Shown here: piece after piece, positions 16,086 through 27,778 of the stretch
Numbering within the stretch: position 1 is the stretch's first letter
Layout: each line of letters opens with the position of its first letter
Origin: Bradyrhizobium sp.
Lineage (GTDB): Bacteria; Pseudomonadota; Alphaproteobacteria; Rhizobiales; Xanthobacteraceae
Assembly: GCA_049286845.1 (NCBI GenBank)
Contig: JBAQER010000982.1
Coordinates: 1-41,762, forward strand
Reading direction: 5' to 3'
Length of the DNA: 41,762 bases
The notes under the pieces: model-generated
What the model saw: the letters and a program-made list of their open reading frames with translations, nothing else
Database searches by the model: none
Told to the model about the DNA's origin: nothing
Position numbers and translations under genes: made by a program

Positions 16086-16249
16086 TCTTCACCAACCGGC
16101 GCAACGGATATGCCGGATCGCGGAATATTGACCTTGTTGATATCGATGCGCAAAAATCACGCTGACGTCCAGATCGTCCCGATTTTATTAACCTGGTAAC
16201 GCGATACTGCCGGCCGAGGATTCATCCCAAGGTAGCGGCGGGGCACGGC

Positions 16250-18397
16250 ATGGCGATTCGATTCACGATTCCTGGGTTCGGCAGATTGTTCGGCTTGCTG
16301 CGTCCACGATGGGGAGTCAGGGGCAGCCTGTTTGCCGCCTTCGCGGTGATCGCCGCCATGGCGATCGTCATCAGCGCCGGCGCCGGCATGGTGCTGGACC
16401 ATCTCGGCAAGGCGATGGTCGATTTGAGCAGCAAGGACATTCCCCGTCTTGCGGCCAGCCTGCAACTTTCCGCCCAGAGCGCAACCCTGGCCAGCCAGGG
16501 ACCGGCGCTGCTGGCCTCCTCGAACGAGGATATGCTCAAAGAGCGCTCCAATAAGATGAAGGAAACCCAGGCGGTCACGCTGGCCAAGCTCGGCGAGATC
16601 ACCCAGCTCGGCGCCGACAAGGCGGTGGTCGAAGCCCTCGCCGAGACCATCAAGAACATCGACGAGACCATCCAGAGCCTCGGCAATGCGGCGCGCGAGC
16701 GCCTGGAGGCCGGCGCCCAGCACGAAAAACTCTACGGCAAGGTGCGCGCGGCCCAGGCCGCTTTCGTCAAGGCCGCCGCTCCCGCGATGATCGGCGCCCA
16801 AACCCAGCTCTCCGGCATCTTCGGCGCCGCCGATTTCAACCAGGATGAAGCCTCCAAGGCGGAGCAGGTCGTCGACCAGATCGGCGATGTCGTCGCCGGT
16901 GGCAATCTCATGGCGTTCAACATGATATCCGCGCTGTCGTCCGACAGCAGCGACACGCTGGAAGCAATCGACAAGGAATTCCGCACCGCGCAGCAGCGCG
17001 TCAAAAAGACGCTCGATCTGTTGCCCAAGAGCTCCGCGATCACGGCGCTTCACACTGCGGCCTCGGGCCTGATGGCGCTGGGCGAGGGCAAGACCGGCGT
17101 CTTCAAGATCCGCCAGAAGGAACTGGACGCCACCGATTACGGCCAGACCGTTCTCGATGAAACCCGCAAGCTCAATGTCGGCCTCGGCATCAGCGTGCAG
17201 CAGCTCGTCGACGGCGTGCGGAGCGAGACCGACGCCGCGACCGGGCAGGCGCGCAAGGAGATCTCGCTGGCGACCATGGCGATGGTTGCACTCGGCGCCG
17301 CGACCCTGATCGGATCGGTTCTGTTCGTCTGGCTCTATGTCGGCCGCAACATCCTGCGCCGGATCCGCGATCTGCAGCGCTCGATGCAGCTATTGTCCGA
17401 CGGCGATCTGGAGACCGAAATCTATCGCTCGAAGCAGCACGACGAGATCGCCGCGATGGCCAATTCGCTGCAGGTGTTCCGCGAGAGCATGATCGAGGCC
17501 CGCGCGCTCTCCGCCGATCAGGACAAGGACCGCGCCGCCAAGGCCGAGCGCACCTCGCGCATGGAGGCCCGGATCGTCGAATTCGAGGCCACTGTCCGTA
17601 TCGCGCTCGACGCCCTGCAGACCTCGGCCAATTCCATGCAGACCACGGCGCAGAGCATGTCGGCGACCGCCGATCAATCCAGCGCGCTGGTGAGCGCGGT
17701 GGCATCCGCCGCCGAGGAAACCTCGGTCAATGTGCAGACCGTCTCCTCGGGCACCGAGGAGCTGTCGTCCTCGATCTCCGAAATCAGCCGCCAGGTGATC
17801 GTTTCGACGCAAATCGCCCGCAAGGCGGTCGATGATGCCGGCACAACCGACGCCACCATGCAGGGCCTCGCCGAAAACGCCGGCCGCATCAGCGTCGTGG
17901 TCGACCTGATCCAGACCATCGCCTCGCAGACCAACCTGCTCGCGCTCAACGCCACCATCGAGGCCGCGCGCGCCGGCGAAGCCGGCCGGGGATTTGCCGT
18001 GGTCGCTTCCGAGGTGAAGAGCCTCGCCAACCAGACCGCGAAGGCGACCGACGAAATCCGCCAGCAGATCTCCAGCATGCAGACCGTGACGACATCGGCG
18101 GTCGGCGCCATCAGGAACATCTCCACCACGATCAGCGAGATCAACGAGGTCACCGCCGCGATCGCTGCCGCGGTCGAACAGCAGGGTGCGGCGACGCGGG
18201 AAATCGCCCGCAACATCCAGCATGCCGCCGGCGGAACCGCCGAGGTTTCCAGCAACATCGTCGGCGTCTCTACCGCCTCGACCGAGGCTGGCACGGCCGC
18301 CAGCGCGGTGCTGAGCGCGTCCGACGCGCTGCGCCGAGAGGCCGACATGCTGCGTTCGGAAATCGACGTGTTCCTCGGAAACATCCGAGTGGCCTGA
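16250..18397 (+). CDS. Methyl-accepting chemotaxis protein
   Basis: Two TMs, HAMP (DEIAAMA), signalling hairpin [34 protein letters not shown]. Confidence 0.95.
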   Translation: MAIRFTIPGFGRLFGLLRPRWGVRGSLFAAFAVIAAMAIVISAGAGMVLDHLGKAMVDLSSKDIPRLAASLQLSAQSATLASQGPALLASSNEDMLKERSNKMKETQAVTLAKLGEITQLGADKAVVEALAETIKNIDETIQSLGNAARERLEAGAQHEKLYGKVRAAQAAFVKAAAPAMIGAQTQLSGIFGAADFNQDEASKAEQVVDQIGDVVAGGNLMAFNMISALSSDSSDTLEAIDKEFRTAQQRVKKTLDLLPKSSAITALHTAASGLMALGEGKTGVFKIRQKELDATDYGQTVLDETRKLNVGLGISVQQLVDGVRSETDAATGQARKEISLATMAMVALGAATLIGSVLFVWLYVGRNILRRIRDLQRSMQLLSDGDLETEIYRSKQHDEIAAMANSLQVFRESMIEARALSADQDKDRAAKAERTSRMEARIVEFEATVRIALDALQTSANSMQTTAQSMSATADQSSALVSAVASAAEETSVNVQTVSSGTEELSSSISEISRQVIVSTQIARKAVDDAGTTDATMQGLAENAGRISVVVDLIQTIASQTNLLALNATIEAARAGEAGRGFAVVASEVKSLANQTAKATDEIRQQISSMQTVTTSAVGAIRNISTTISEINEVTAAIAAAVEQQGAATREIARNIQHAAGGTAEVSSNIVGVSTASTEAGTAASAVLSASDALRREADMLRSEIDVFLGNIRVA

Positions 18398-18594
18398 GCA
18401 ATCTTCCGGCGAAGGATGTTGTTTTCGCCATGCGCCGCAGGCCGCGGCCTCCGCGTCCGGCGCATGGTTGGCGCCGGATTTTGCGGGTCTTAGAGCCCGC
18501 GTTCCCCGCGTTTGCGAAAATCGCGATTGTTTTTCGGCTGGCGCCGCGCCGATTGTGCGGTTAAGTCGATAACAACAATCGCGAAGCCGGAACG

Positions 18595-19656
18595 ATGCAT
18601 TCAAAAACAGACACGGTACAGTCCTCGGCCGAGGCGCTGCGCTACCCCTGGGAAAATCATCCCGGCCACGATCAGGTGGTCGAGGTGAGGCCCGGGGTAT
18701 TGTGGGTCCGGCTCAAGCTGCCGTTCCGTCTCAACCACGTGAACATCTACCTGCTCGCCGACGGCGACGGCTGGGCGATGGTGGATTCCGGTTTCGGCAA
18801 TGAGGAAACCATCGCGGCCTGGACCGCCTTGTTCGAGGGCCCGCTCAGCCACGTGAAAGTCACAAGGCTGATCGTGACCCATTCGCATCCCGACCATGTC
18901 GGGCTCGCGGGATGGATCGTCGAGCGCTTCGACTGCCCGCTCGAGATGTCGCAGGTGGAGTATCTGCAGTCGGTCTATCACCAGAACCGCGGCACCGAGG
19001 AGCGCCGCAACGCGCAGCGGCTGTTCTTCCGCCGTCACGGCATGGACGAGAGTCTGACCGACAAGCTGCTCGGCCGTGGCCAGGATTACCTGAAGCGGGT
19101 GTCCACCCTGCCGCCGTCCTATCGCCGCATCTCGCATGGCGACGAGGTTTCCATCGGCACCAGGCGCTTCAAGGTCATCACCGGCGGTGGTCATGCGCTC
19201 GACCAGGTGATGCTGTATTGCGCCGCCGACAAGCTGTTCCTGTCGGCCGATCAGGTGCTGAGCAAGATTTCTCCCAATGTCAGCGTCTGGGCGGTGGAGC
19301 CCGACCAGAATTCGCTCGGCGAATATCTGGCCTCGCTGGCGAGCCTGACCACCACGCTGCCCTATGACGTGCTGGTGCTGCCCGGCCACGGCGTGCCGTT
19401 TTACGGCCTGAAGACCCGGATCAAGCAATTGGCCGATCACCACGAGGAGCGTTGCTGGCTGATCGCCGAGGCCTGCCGGGAAACCCCGCAGACCTCGAAG
19501 GAACTGGTGCCGGTGGTGTTCCACAAGCACGTGCTCGACGTGCACCAGATGGGCTTCGCCGCCGGCGAACTGATCGCCCATGTCAATTATATGTTGGTCG
19601 AGGGCCGGCTGACCTCCGAAGTAACCGATGGTGTGCTGCGTTTCAGGACCACCTGA
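18595..19656 (+). CDS. MBL-fold metallo-hydrolase
   Basis: THSHPDHVG, GGH, ADQ and LPGHG motifs. Confidence 0.92.
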   Translation: MHSKTDTVQSSAEALRYPWENHPGHDQVVEVRPGVLWVRLKLPFRLNHVNIYLLADGDGWAMVDSGFGNEETIAAWTALFEGPLSHVKVTRLIVTHSHPDHVGLAGWIVERFDCPLEMSQVEYLQSVYHQNRGTEERRNAQRLFFRRHGMDESLTDKLLGRGQDYLKRVSTLPPSYRRISHGDEVSIGTRRFKVITGGGHALDQVMLYCAADKLFLSADQVLSKISPNVSVWAVEPDQNSLGEYLASLASLTTTLPYDVLVLPGHGVPFYGLKTRIKQLADHHEERCWLIAEACRETPQTSKELVPVVFHKHVLDVHQMGFAAGELIAHVNYMLVEGRLTSEVTDGVLRFRTT

Positions 19657-19697
19657 CTTCCGCTGGTAACCGACGACAGCAAAACGCGCTCAGCGCG

Positions 19698-19711
19698 TTG
19701 ATCAGGATCAA
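19698..19711. promoter_or_regulatory. FixK/FNR box upstream of hemA
   Basis: Perfect TTGAT-CAGG-ATCAA. Confidence 0.85.
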
Positions 19712-19786
19712 GTTTTGGTCCGCGCTGGAAGCAACCCGCCCCCTACCCGTTGAGCGGCTGAAAGCCCGATTCGGCTCGACAGCAAA

Positions 19787-19803
19787 CCTGGAAACGCTCT
19801 AAA
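19787..19803. promoter_or_regulatory. ICE-like (Irr) motif upstream of hemA
   Basis: CCTGGAAACGCTCTAAA compared with TTTRGAA-N3-TTCYAAA, 3 mismatches; fits a heme-synthesis gene. Confidence 0.45.
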
Positions 19804-19847
19804 AAGGGCTGCGCCGCTCCGGCCCAGCTTCCGTTTCAGGTTTTGCA

Positions 19848-21077
19848 ATGGATTACAGCAAATTCTTCAGCACCGCCCTCAGCCGCTTGCATGACGAACG
19901 GCGCTACCGGGTTTTCGCCGACCTCGAGCGGATCGCGGGCCGGTTCCCGCACGCGGTGTGGCATTCCCCGAAGGGGCCGCGCAACGTCGTGATCTGGTGC
20001 TCCAACGATTATCTCGGCATGGGCCAGCATCCGAAGGTGGTCGGCGCCATGGTCGAGACCGCCACCCGGGTCGGCACCGGCGCCGGCGGCACCCGCAACA
20101 TCGCCGGTACCCATCATCCGCTGGTGCAGCTCGAGGCCGAACTGGCCGACCTGCACGGCAAGGAAGCCGCGCTGCTGTTTACCTCGGGCTACGTCTCGAA
20201 CCAGACCGGCATCTCGACGATCGCCAAACTCATTCCGAACTGCCTGATCCTGTCGGATGCGCTCAACCACAATTCGATGATCGAAGGTGTCCGCCAGGCC
20301 GGCTGCGAACGCCAGATCTTCCGCCACAACGACATGGCGCATCTGGAAGAGTTGCTGATTGCCGCGGGTCCCGACCGGCCGAAGCTGATCGCCTGCGAGA
20401 GCCTGTATTCGATGGACGGTGACGTCGCACCGCTGGCGAAGATCTGCGATCTTGCCGAGCGCTACGGCGCGATGACCTATGTCGACGAGGTGCATGCGGT
20501 CGGCATGTACGGCCCGCGCGGCGGCGGCATCGCCGAGCGCGACGGCGTCATGCACCGGATCGATGTCCTCGAAGGCACGCTCGCCAAGGCGTTCGGCTGC
20601 CTCGGTGGCTATATCGCGGGCAAGGCCGACATCATCGACGCCGTCCGGTCCTACGCCCCCGGCTTCATCTTCACCACCGCGCTGCCGCCGGCGATCTGTT
20701 CGGCGGCCACCGCTGCGATCCGGCATCTGAAGACCTCGAACTGGGAGCGCGAGCGCCACCAGGACCGCGCCGCCCGTGTCAAGGCGATCCTCACCGCCGC
20801 CGGCCTGCCTGTGATGTCGAGTGACACCCATATCGTGCCGCTGTTCGTCGGCGACCCCGAAAAGTGCAAGCAGGCCTGCGATATCCTGCTGGAAGAGCAC
20901 GGCATCTACATCCAGCCGATCAACTACCCCACGGTCGCCAAGGGCAGCGAGCGGCTGCGGATCACCCCCTCGCCCTATCACGATGACGGCCTGATCGATC
21001 AGCTCGCCGAGGCGCTGCTGCAGGTCTGGGAACGTCTCGGCCTGCCGCTCAACGAAAAATCGCTCGCGGCCGAGTAA
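19848..21077 (+). CDS. hemA: 5-aminolevulinate synthase
   Basis: [37 protein letters not shown] (PLP Lys), QPINYPTV. Confidence 0.97.
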   Translation: MDYSKFFSTALSRLHDERRYRVFADLERIAGRFPHAVWHSPKGPRNVVIWCSNDYLGMGQHPKVVGAMVETATRVGTGAGGTRNIAGTHHPLVQLEAELADLHGKEAALLFTSGYVSNQTGISTIAKLIPNCLILSDALNHNSMIEGVRQAGCERQIFRHNDMAHLEELLIAAGPDRPKLIACESLYSMDGDVAPLAKICDLAERYGAMTYVDEVHAVGMYGPRGGGIAERDGVMHRIDVLEGTLAKAFGCLGGYIAGKADIIDAVRSYAPGFIFTTALPPAICSAATAAIRHLKTSNWERERHQDRAARVKAILTAAGLPVMSSDTHIVPLFVGDPEKCKQACDILLEEHGIYIQPINYPTVAKGSERLRITPSPYHDDGLIDQLAEALLQVWERLGLPLNEKSLAAE

Positions 21078-21201
21078 GCCCCGCCAAAATCGGAAATTTG
21101 GGCTGGCGGCGCGATGCGCTGCCGGCCCAATCCGTTTATAGTGCCTGCCGCGACGGCTGCCGCCGCTGGCGGCGCCGCGATCGTGAGGGAGGTAAGCAGC
21201 A

Positions 21202-24200
21202 ATGCTGCATGACTGGGGCGTGATCGCAGCCGCGTTCGGCTACATCGGCTTCCTGTTCCTCGTCGCCAGCTACGGCGACCGCCTCTCGCCGACCCAGCGC
21301 GGCCGTGCCAGCGCGCTGATCTATCCGCTGTCGCTGGCGATCTACTGCACGTCCTGGACGTTCTTCGGCTCGGTCGGATTCGCCACCCGCACCAGCGTCG
21401 ATTTTCTCGCGATCTACATCGGCCCGGTGCTGATGATCGCGCTCGGCACGCCGCTGCTGCGCCGCGTCATCAAGCTGGCGAAATCGCAAAACATCACCTC
21501 GATCGCCGATTTCATCGCCGCCCGCTACGGCAAGAGCCAGGCGGTCGCCGCCACCGTCGCAGTCATCGCGATCGTCGGCTCGGTGCCCTACATCGCGCTG
21601 CAGCTCAAGGCCGTGGCGTCCTCGCTCGGAACGATTCTGAGCGAAGACCAGATCTTCTCCTCGATGCCGCTGATCGGCGATATCGCGCTGATCGTGACGC
21701 TGGCGATGGCGGTATTTGCGGTGCTGTTCGGCACCCGCCAGACCGACGCGACCGAACATCAGCACGGCCTGATGCTGGCGGTCGCCACCGAATCCATCGT
21801 CAAGCTGGTGGCGTTTATCGCCGCCGGCGCCTTCGTCACATTCTGGATGTTCGGCCCGGTGGAATTGATCGAACGCGCGATGAAGAGCCCGGAGGCGGTG
21901 CGAGCCATCGAGTACACGCCCTCGATCGGCAATTTCGCCACCATGACGTTGCTGTCGTTCTTCGCGATCATGCTGCTGCCGCGCCAGTTTCACGTCAGCG
22001 TGGTCGAGAATTCCAGCGATGCCGAGGTCGGCCGGGCGCGCTGGCTGTTCCCGCTGTATCTGGTCGCCATCAACCTGTTCGTGATTCCGATCGCGCTCGC
22101 CGGGCTTGTGACCTTCCCGTTCGGCGCGGTCGACAGCGACATGTACGTGCTGGCGCTGCCGATGAAGGCGAATTCTCCCTTGCTCAGCATTATCGTCTTT
22201 ATCGGGGGTCTTTCGGCGGCGACCGCCATGGTGATCGTGGAATGCGTCGCGCTTTCGATCATGGTCTCGAACGATATCGTGGTGCCGCTGGTGTTGCAGC
22301 GAAGCCCGGAGTCGCGTGCGGGCCGGAAGGATTTTGGCGACTTCCTGCTCAGGGTCCGCCGCCTTGCGATCTTCGCCATCATGGTGATGGCCTATCTCTA
22401 TTATCGCGCGCTGGGTAACGCCCAGCTGGCGTCGATCGGGCTGCTGTCCTTCGCGGCGGTCGCGCAGCTCGCACCGTCGTTCTTCGGCGGGCTGTTCTGG
22501 CGCCGCGCCACCGCGCGGGGCGCCATGGGGGGCATGCTGGTCGGCGCTGCGGTCTGGGCCTACACGCTGTTTCTCCCGAGCTTCCTGGAAGGCAACACCG
22601 CCGGCATGCTGCTGCTGCAGCACGGTCCGTTCGGCATCGAGGCGTTGCGCCCGCGGGCCTTGTTCGGCGCCGATCTACCGCCGCTGCTGCACGGCGTCCT
22701 GTGGTCGCTGGCGCTCAACCTGTTGGCCTATGTCGCGCTGTCGCTGGCGCGCCAGCCGTCCTCGATCGAGCGGTTGCAGGCGGATCTGTTTGCGCCGAAC
22801 GCGCTGGCGCCGATGACGCCGACGTTCCGACGCTGGCGCACCACCGTGACCGTGCAGGACATCCAGAGCACGGTGGCGCAGTATCTCGGCCCCGAGCGCG
22901 CCCGCCACTCGTTCGAGGCCTTCGCCGTCGCCCGCAACACGATTCTCGAACCGGCCGCGACGGCCGACTTCGAATTGCTGCAGCATGCCGAGCATCTGAT
23001 CGCCTCGTCGATCGGGGCGGCATCCTCGCGGCTGGTGATGTCGCTGCTGTTGCGCAAGCGCACCGTCTCCGCCAAGGCCGCGCTCAAGCTGCTCGACGAT
23101 TCCCACGCCGCGCTACATTTCAACCGCGAGATCTTGCAGACCGCGCTGAACCATGTGCGGCAGGGGATTGCGGTGTTCGACGCCGAGCTGCAGCTGATCT
23201 GTTCCAACCGGCAATTCGGCGAAATCCTGGGGTTACCGCTGCACCTCGTGCAGATCGGAATTCCCCTGCGGGAAATCCTCGAATTCATGGGATCGATCAG
23301 CTCCCCGGATTCCGGCTATGACGAAGCTTTCGTGGAGAGGCGCCTGGCCGCCTATACCACCGAGGGCGAGTCCTACCTGGAACGGCTGCCGGACCGTCAC
23401 ATGGTGATCGAGGTGCGCTCCAACCGGATGCCCGGCGGCGGGCTGGTCATCACCTTTTCCGACGTCACCCCCTCCTTCGAAGCTGCCGAAGCGCTGGAAC
23501 GCGCCAATGCGACCCTGGAAAAGCGAGTGCGGGACCGCACCGAGGAACTCACCCGGCTGAATTCGGAACTGGCGCTGGCGAAAAGCACCGCCGAGGACGC
23601 CAACATCTCGAAGACCCGCTTCCTGGCGGCGGCGAGCCACGACATCCTGCAACCGCTCAATGCGGCGCGGCTCTACGTTACCAGCCTCGTGGAACGCCAG
23701 AACGGCGGCGAGGATTCCCGGCTGGTGGAAAACATCGACGATTCGCTGGAGGCGATCGAGGAAATCCTGGGCGCGCTACTGGACATCTCGCGGCTCGACG
23801 CCGGCGCCATGACGCCGTCGATCTCGAGCTTCAAGATCGGCGACATGATGCGTTCGCTCGAGATCGAGTTTGCGCCGATTGCCAGGGCCAAGGCGCTGAA
23901 GCTGACCTTCATGCCGTGTTCGCTGCCGGTGGAATCCGATCGCCTGATGTTGCGCCGGCTGCTGCAGAACCTGATCTCCAACGCCATCAAATATACGCCG
24001 CGCGGGCGCGTGCTGGTCGGCTGCCGGCGTCACGGCCAGTCGCTGCAGATCGCCGTCTATGACACCGGCGTCGGCATTCCCTTCGTCAAGCGCGGCGAGA
24101 TCTTCAAGGAGTTTCACCGGCTCGAACAGGGCGCGCGGATCGCACGCGGCCTCGGGCTCGGACTGTCGATCGTCGAGCGCCTGGCACGCGTGCTCAACCA

Positions 24201-24711
24201 CGGCCTCGCGCTCGACTCCAATGCCGGCGGCGGTTCGTGCTTTTCGGTGACGGTGCCGATCGCCAGCGCCATCAATCACACCGCGGCGGTCACCAGCGCG
24301 ACGCCGCTTTCGCGGACGCCGATGAGCGGCTCGCTGATCGTTTGCATCGAGAACGATCCGGCGATCCTGGACGGCATGAAGACGCTGCTCACGGCCTGGG
24401 ACGCCGAGGTGATCGCGGTGGGCGACCCCGATGCCGCGATCGAAGCGATCGAGGCCGCCGGCAGAAGGGTCACCGGCCTTCTGGTCGATTATCACCTCGA
24501 CCGCGGCAACGGCGTCGCCGCGATCCGGGAAATCCGCCGCCGGTTCGGCGATAACATTCCGGCGATCCTGATCACCGCCGATCGCAGTCCGCATGTGCAG
24601 GCTGCGGCGCGAGAGGAGAAAATTGCGGTACTCAACAAGCCGGTCAAGCCGGCATCGCTGCGGGCGCTGCTCGGTCAGTGGCGCACCCAGCAGATGGTGG
24701 CCGCGGAGTAG
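21202..24711 (+). CDS. CrbS/ErcS-type hybrid sensor kinase (SLC5-like TM domain, STAC, PAS, HisKA, HATPase, REC)
   Basis: LSLAIYCTSWTFFGSVG transporter-like N-terminus, IASSIGAASSRLV, AASHDILQPL, NLISNAIKY, GLGLGL, C-terminal receiver. Confidence 0.92.
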   Translation: MLHDWGVIAAAFGYIGFLFLVASYGDRLSPTQRGRASALIYPLSLAIYCTSWTFFGSVGFATRTSVDFLAIYIGPVLMIALGTPLLRRVIKLAKSQNITSIADFIAARYGKSQAVAATVAVIAIVGSVPYIALQLKAVASSLGTILSEDQIFSSMPLIGDIALIVTLAMAVFAVLFGTRQTDATEHQHGLMLAVATESIVKLVAFIAAGAFVTFWMFGPVELIERAMKSPEAVRAIEYTPSIGNFATMTLLSFFAIMLLPRQFHVSVVENSSDAEVGRARWLFPLYLVAINLFVIPIALAGLVTFPFGAVDSDMYVLALPMKANSPLLSIIVFIGGLSAATAMVIVECVALSIMVSNDIVVPLVLQRSPESRAGRKDFGDFLLRVRRLAIFAIMVMAYLYYRALGNAQLASIGLLSFAAVAQLAPSFFGGLFWRRATARGAMGGMLVGAAVWAYTLFLPSFLEGNTAGMLLLQHGPFGIEALRPRALFGADLPPLLHGVLWSLALNLLAYVALSLARQPSSIERLQADLFAPNALAPMTPTFRRWRTTVTVQDIQSTVAQYLGPERARHSFEAFAVARNTILEPAATADFELLQHAEHLIASSIGAASSRLVMSLLLRKRTVSAKAALKLLDDSHAALHFNREILQTALNHVRQGIAVFDAELQLICSNRQFGEILGLPLHLVQIGIPLREILEFMGSISSPDSGYDEAFVERRLAAYTTEGESYLERLPDRHMVIEVRSNRMPGGGLVITFSDVTPSFEAAEALERANATLEKRVRDRTEELTRLNSELALAKSTAEDANISKTRFLAAASHDILQPLNAARLYVTSLVERQNGGEDSRLVENIDDSLEAIEEILGALLDISRLDAGAMTPSISSFKIGDMMRSLEIEFAPIARAKALKLTFMPCSLPVESDRLMLRRLLQNLISNAIKYTPRGRVLVGCRRHGQSLQIAVYDTGVGIPFVKRGEIFKEFHRLEQGARIARGLGLGLSIVERLARVLNHGLALDSNAGGGSCFSVTVPIASAINHTAAVTSATPLSRTPMSGSLIVCIENDPAILDGMKTLLTAWDAEVIAVGDPDAAIEAIEAAGRRVTGLLVDYHLDRGNGVAAIREIRRRFGDNIPAILITADRSPHVQAAAREEKIAVLNKPVKPASLRALLGQWRTQQMVAAE

Positions 24712-24723
24712 CGCCGGCCTGAT

Positions 24724-25401
24724 TTACTGCGGTGACGGCGTGCCCTGCCGCCACTGGCCGCCGGAAATTCTCGCCGCGGCGATAACGGCTTGGGTGCGGC
24801 TCTCGACGCCGAGCTTTTGCAGGATCGCCGATACATGCGCCTTGATGGTCGCTTCCGACACGCCGAGCTCATAGGCAATCTGCTTGTTGAGCAAACCTTC
24901 CGACAGCATCATCAGCACCCTCACCTGCTGCGGGGTCAGCGTCACCAGCCGGTCGCGCAGGCGCGTCATGTCGGGGTCGGCGGTGGATGAGAGATCGGTA
25001 TCCGGCGGTATCCAGACGTCGCCGTCCATGACCTTCTTGATCGCGTCGCGCAGCGTCTCGATTCCGAACCGCTTGGGAATGAAACCGGAGGCGCCGAAAT
25101 CCAGCGAACGGCGGATCGTACCGGCATCGTCGCTGGCGGAGACGATCACCACGGGGATCGCCGGATATTGCGCGCGCAGGTAGATCAGGCCGGAGAAGCC
25201 CGAGATGCCCGGCATCGTCAGATCGAGCATGACCAGGTCGACATCGGAATCCTGCTCGAGCAGCGCGGTCAACTCGTCGAAGGTGCCGGCTTCGTCGACC
25301 TTCGCCGACGCCACGACGCTTGCAACCGCCTGTCGCAGGGCGTCGCGAAACAGCGGATGATCATCGGCGATGACGAGGTGGGTGCTGGCAGGAGCAGTCA
25401 T
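24724..25401 (-). CDS. NarL/LuxR-family response regulator (CrbR/ErdR-like)
   Basis: IADDHPLFR, LDLTMPG, LTPQQVRVL..GLLNKQIAYELGVSEATIKAHV; convergent with the kinase. Confidence 0.92.
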   Translation of the reverse strand: MTAPASTHLVIADDHPLFRDALRQAVASVVASAKVDEAGTFDELTALLEQDSDVDLVMLDLTMPGISGFSGLIYLRAQYPAIPVVIVSASDDAGTIRRSLDFGASGFIPKRFGIETLRDAIKKVMDGDVWIPPDTDLSSTADPDMTRLRDRLVTLTPQQVRVLMMLSEGLLNKQIAYELGVSEATIKAHVSAILQKLGVESRTQAVIAAARISGGQWRQGTPSPQ

Positions 25402-25603
25402 TGATTTCCGGCGAAGCGTTGCGGCAAACCCTTGACCGCTTTGTAGAAGGCCTGCCAAGCGAGTTTTTCGAAGTGATTGTCCACTGACAGGAAGCTTCTT
25501 GCAAGGCAACATTCCCGGCATGCGCCAAGGCAGTTAATCGGGCTGGGAACGGCTGGGGCATTGTGCAGCGCAAAAACAGCATTGGGCGCCGGGTGAGCCT
25601 GCC

Positions 25604-27736
25604 TCAATCCTTGAACAGGAGATCGCGGGTCAGATCATCGATGGCCGCGACCGCTTCAAGCGCCACGCGCAATCGATCACGGTCGCGGGCCGACAACCGC
25701 TTCACGGCGACGGCGTTGGAGGGCGGTGTCCCATGGGCGATATCCTCGACCTGCTGCGACACGATGAGATCCAGAAACACGCCCTGGGCCTCGCCCAGCG
25801 CATCGAGGTCGGTCTCGCTGACGTGAACGAGCTCCTTGACGCGCCCCAATCGCGCCGGTGTCGACCGGTCCATCACATGATGGCGGATCGCGATGGCGCG
25901 GGCCGCGGCGACGAGGCCGAACAGTCCGGCCATCTTGAGGTCGATGCGGCCACCCACGGTGCGGATACCGCCGAAGAATTTCAGGCTGGAAGGCGTGCGG
26001 ATGTCCTCGACCAGAAGCTTGGCGAACGCGACCTGGCCCTCGGCCGCATCGAAGGCAGCCTGCCTCACGGCGACGGCGAGGCTGCCGTCGCCATGAACGG
26101 CCCGCAGGTCGAAGAAAATATCGACCGACAGCAGATCGCCGGGATTGGAGCGCATGATCCAGTGGTCGATGCGATTCCGCCACGTTGCGACCGAGCCGCG
26201 CCAGGCCGCATTTTTCGCCATCACGCCGCCTTTGCAATAGGGCACGCCGACCTCATGCAGGATATCGGCGACATGGGCCCCGAGCGCCGCGAACCAGCGA
26301 TCCTCGTCGCCCTCCGGCTCGCCCTGTTCGAAAATGACGGCATTGTCCTGGTCCATCGCCAGCAGGCTTTCGCCGCGCCCGGCGGATCCGAGCACGACCA
26401 GGGCATAGCCGCACGGGGGGGCGCCTTCGCCACGCTCCCGCATGATCCGCTCGGCGATCACGGCGGCCTGCCCGGTGAGCGCGCCGAGTTCGCGGGAAAT
26501 CACCTCCGCAATGTCGCGGCCGGACAGCCCCTCCGCCAGCAGCGATTGCGCAACCCGCGGCAGCTTGGCCCAGGCCACCGCCAGGGCGTGCGCGTCCGCC
26601 GCATCGTCGATCTCGTCGCCGAGCGATATGGCCTCCCCGGCGCGCAGCCGCAGCAGGTCCCGCGCGGATATCGCGCCGACCACGCGGCCGGCTTCGTCGA
26701 CGACGCCGAGATGGCGGGTCTTGAGACGGTTCATATGGCCGATGGCGCGATAGACGAAAGCATCCGCTGATACCGCTGCGAGCGGCCGGCTCATGATCTG
26801 CCCGACCGGCAAGTCGAGCGCGGCGGCGCCATGCCGGGCGACCGCGCGCAGCAGATCGCGTTCCGTGACAATGCCCGCCTCCGCCGCCTTGACGACGCCG
26901 GAACCAGCACGCGACCGCACGAATACCGACGATATTTTCTCCTTCGCCAGCCGCGCGAGGGCGTCGTGAACCGAAATGCCGGATCCCACGAAGACCGGGG
27001 GCGTCCGCATGATGTCGCGATTGCGATGCCGATAGGCGTAGCTGTCGAAGCGTTCCAGCGTTCGTTCCGCATCGGCACGCGCCGGAGCCTCGACGGCATC
27101 GATCCAGCCGATCCGCATCTGGTCGTCGAGTACGGACGTCAGCGCGAGGCAGGCCCGTTCGGCTTCGGCAATGGTCCGGATACCGTGGTTGCGCAGCTTC
27201 GGCACCAGCGCCAGAAACACCCGCGCGGTCGTCTTCGCGTCGCCGAGGGCGGAATGCCGGTCGGTGGCGTCCACATCCAGCCAGGCGGCGAGCGTCTCGA
27301 GCGTATAGCCGGCCAGTTCCGGTGCGGCGATCTGCGCCAAAAGCCGCGTGTCGAGCGTGCGTGGGCGCTTCCAAGCCAGACCGGCGAGATCGCATTCGCG
27401 CTTCAGCACGGCAAGATCGAACCCGACCGTATGCCCGATCACCACGGCCTTACCGAGAAACGCCTTGAAATCCGGCCAGACGTCCGCGAACAGCGGCGAT
27501 TCCGCGACCATGGCATCGTCGATGCCATGAATGCGGGTCGTCTCGGCGGGGATCAATTCGCCGGCTGGCCGCAGCAATCGACGAAACGAGTTGTCGCCGG
27601 CAAGCTTGCCGCCGGACAGTCGCACGCCGGCAAGCTCGATCATCCGCGCCTTGCGCGGATCGAGCCCGGTGGTTTCGCTATCGATGACAACGGCGTCGAG
27701 CGACAAAAGCGGGGTGCCGCCACTCGTCCTGTCCAT
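25604..27736 (-). CDS. DEDDh exonuclease + CBS pair + DUF294 nucleotidyltransferase fusion protein
   Basis: IDSETTG/GHTVGFD/DT/HSALGDA; GIVTERDLL and GAISARDLL; LGSAGRGESLLAMDQDN, CKGGVMAKN, DIFFDLR, IDLK.AGL. Confidence 0.9.
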   Translation of the reverse strand: MDRTSGGTPLLSLDAVVIDSETTGLDPRKARMIELAGVRLSGGKLAGDNSFRRLLRPAGELIPAETTRIHGIDDAMVAESPLFADVWPDFKAFLGKAVVIGHTVGFDLAVLKRECDLAGLAWKRPRTLDTRLLAQIAAPELAGYTLETLAAWLDVDATDRHSALGDAKTTARVFLALVPKLRNHGIRTIAEAERACLALTSVLDDQMRIGWIDAVEAPARADAERTLERFDSYAYRHRNRDIMRTPPVFVGSGISVHDALARLAKEKISSVFVRSRAGSGVVKAAEAGIVTERDLLRAVARHGAAALDLPVGQIMSRPLAAVSADAFVYRAIGHMNRLKTRHLGVVDEAGRVVGAISARDLLRLRAGEAISLGDEIDDAADAHALAVAWAKLPRVAQSLLAEGLSGRDIAEVISRELGALTGQAAVIAERIMRERGEGAPPCGYALVVLGSAGRGESLLAMDQDNAVIFEQGEPEGDEDRWFAALGAHVADILHEVGVPYCKGGVMAKNAAWRGSVATWRNRIDHWIMRSNPGDLLSVDIFFDLRAVHGDGSLAVAVRQAAFDAAEGQVAFAKLLVEDIRTPSSLKFFGGIRTVGGRIDLKMAGLFGLVAAARAIAIRHHVMDRSTPARLGRVKELVHVSETDLDALGEAQGVFLDLIVSQQVEDIAHGTPPSNAVAVKRLSARDRDRLRVALEAVAAIDDLTRDLLFKD

Positions 27737-27778
27737 CGCCCCACCCCCTGCCGGCAGCCGCATCCGCGTAATCGAAAA

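Noticed and set aside
16180..16200. CtrA box before the MCP gene
   Set aside because: TTAACCTGGTAAC has the wrong spacing for TTAA-N7-TTAA; at most a half-site
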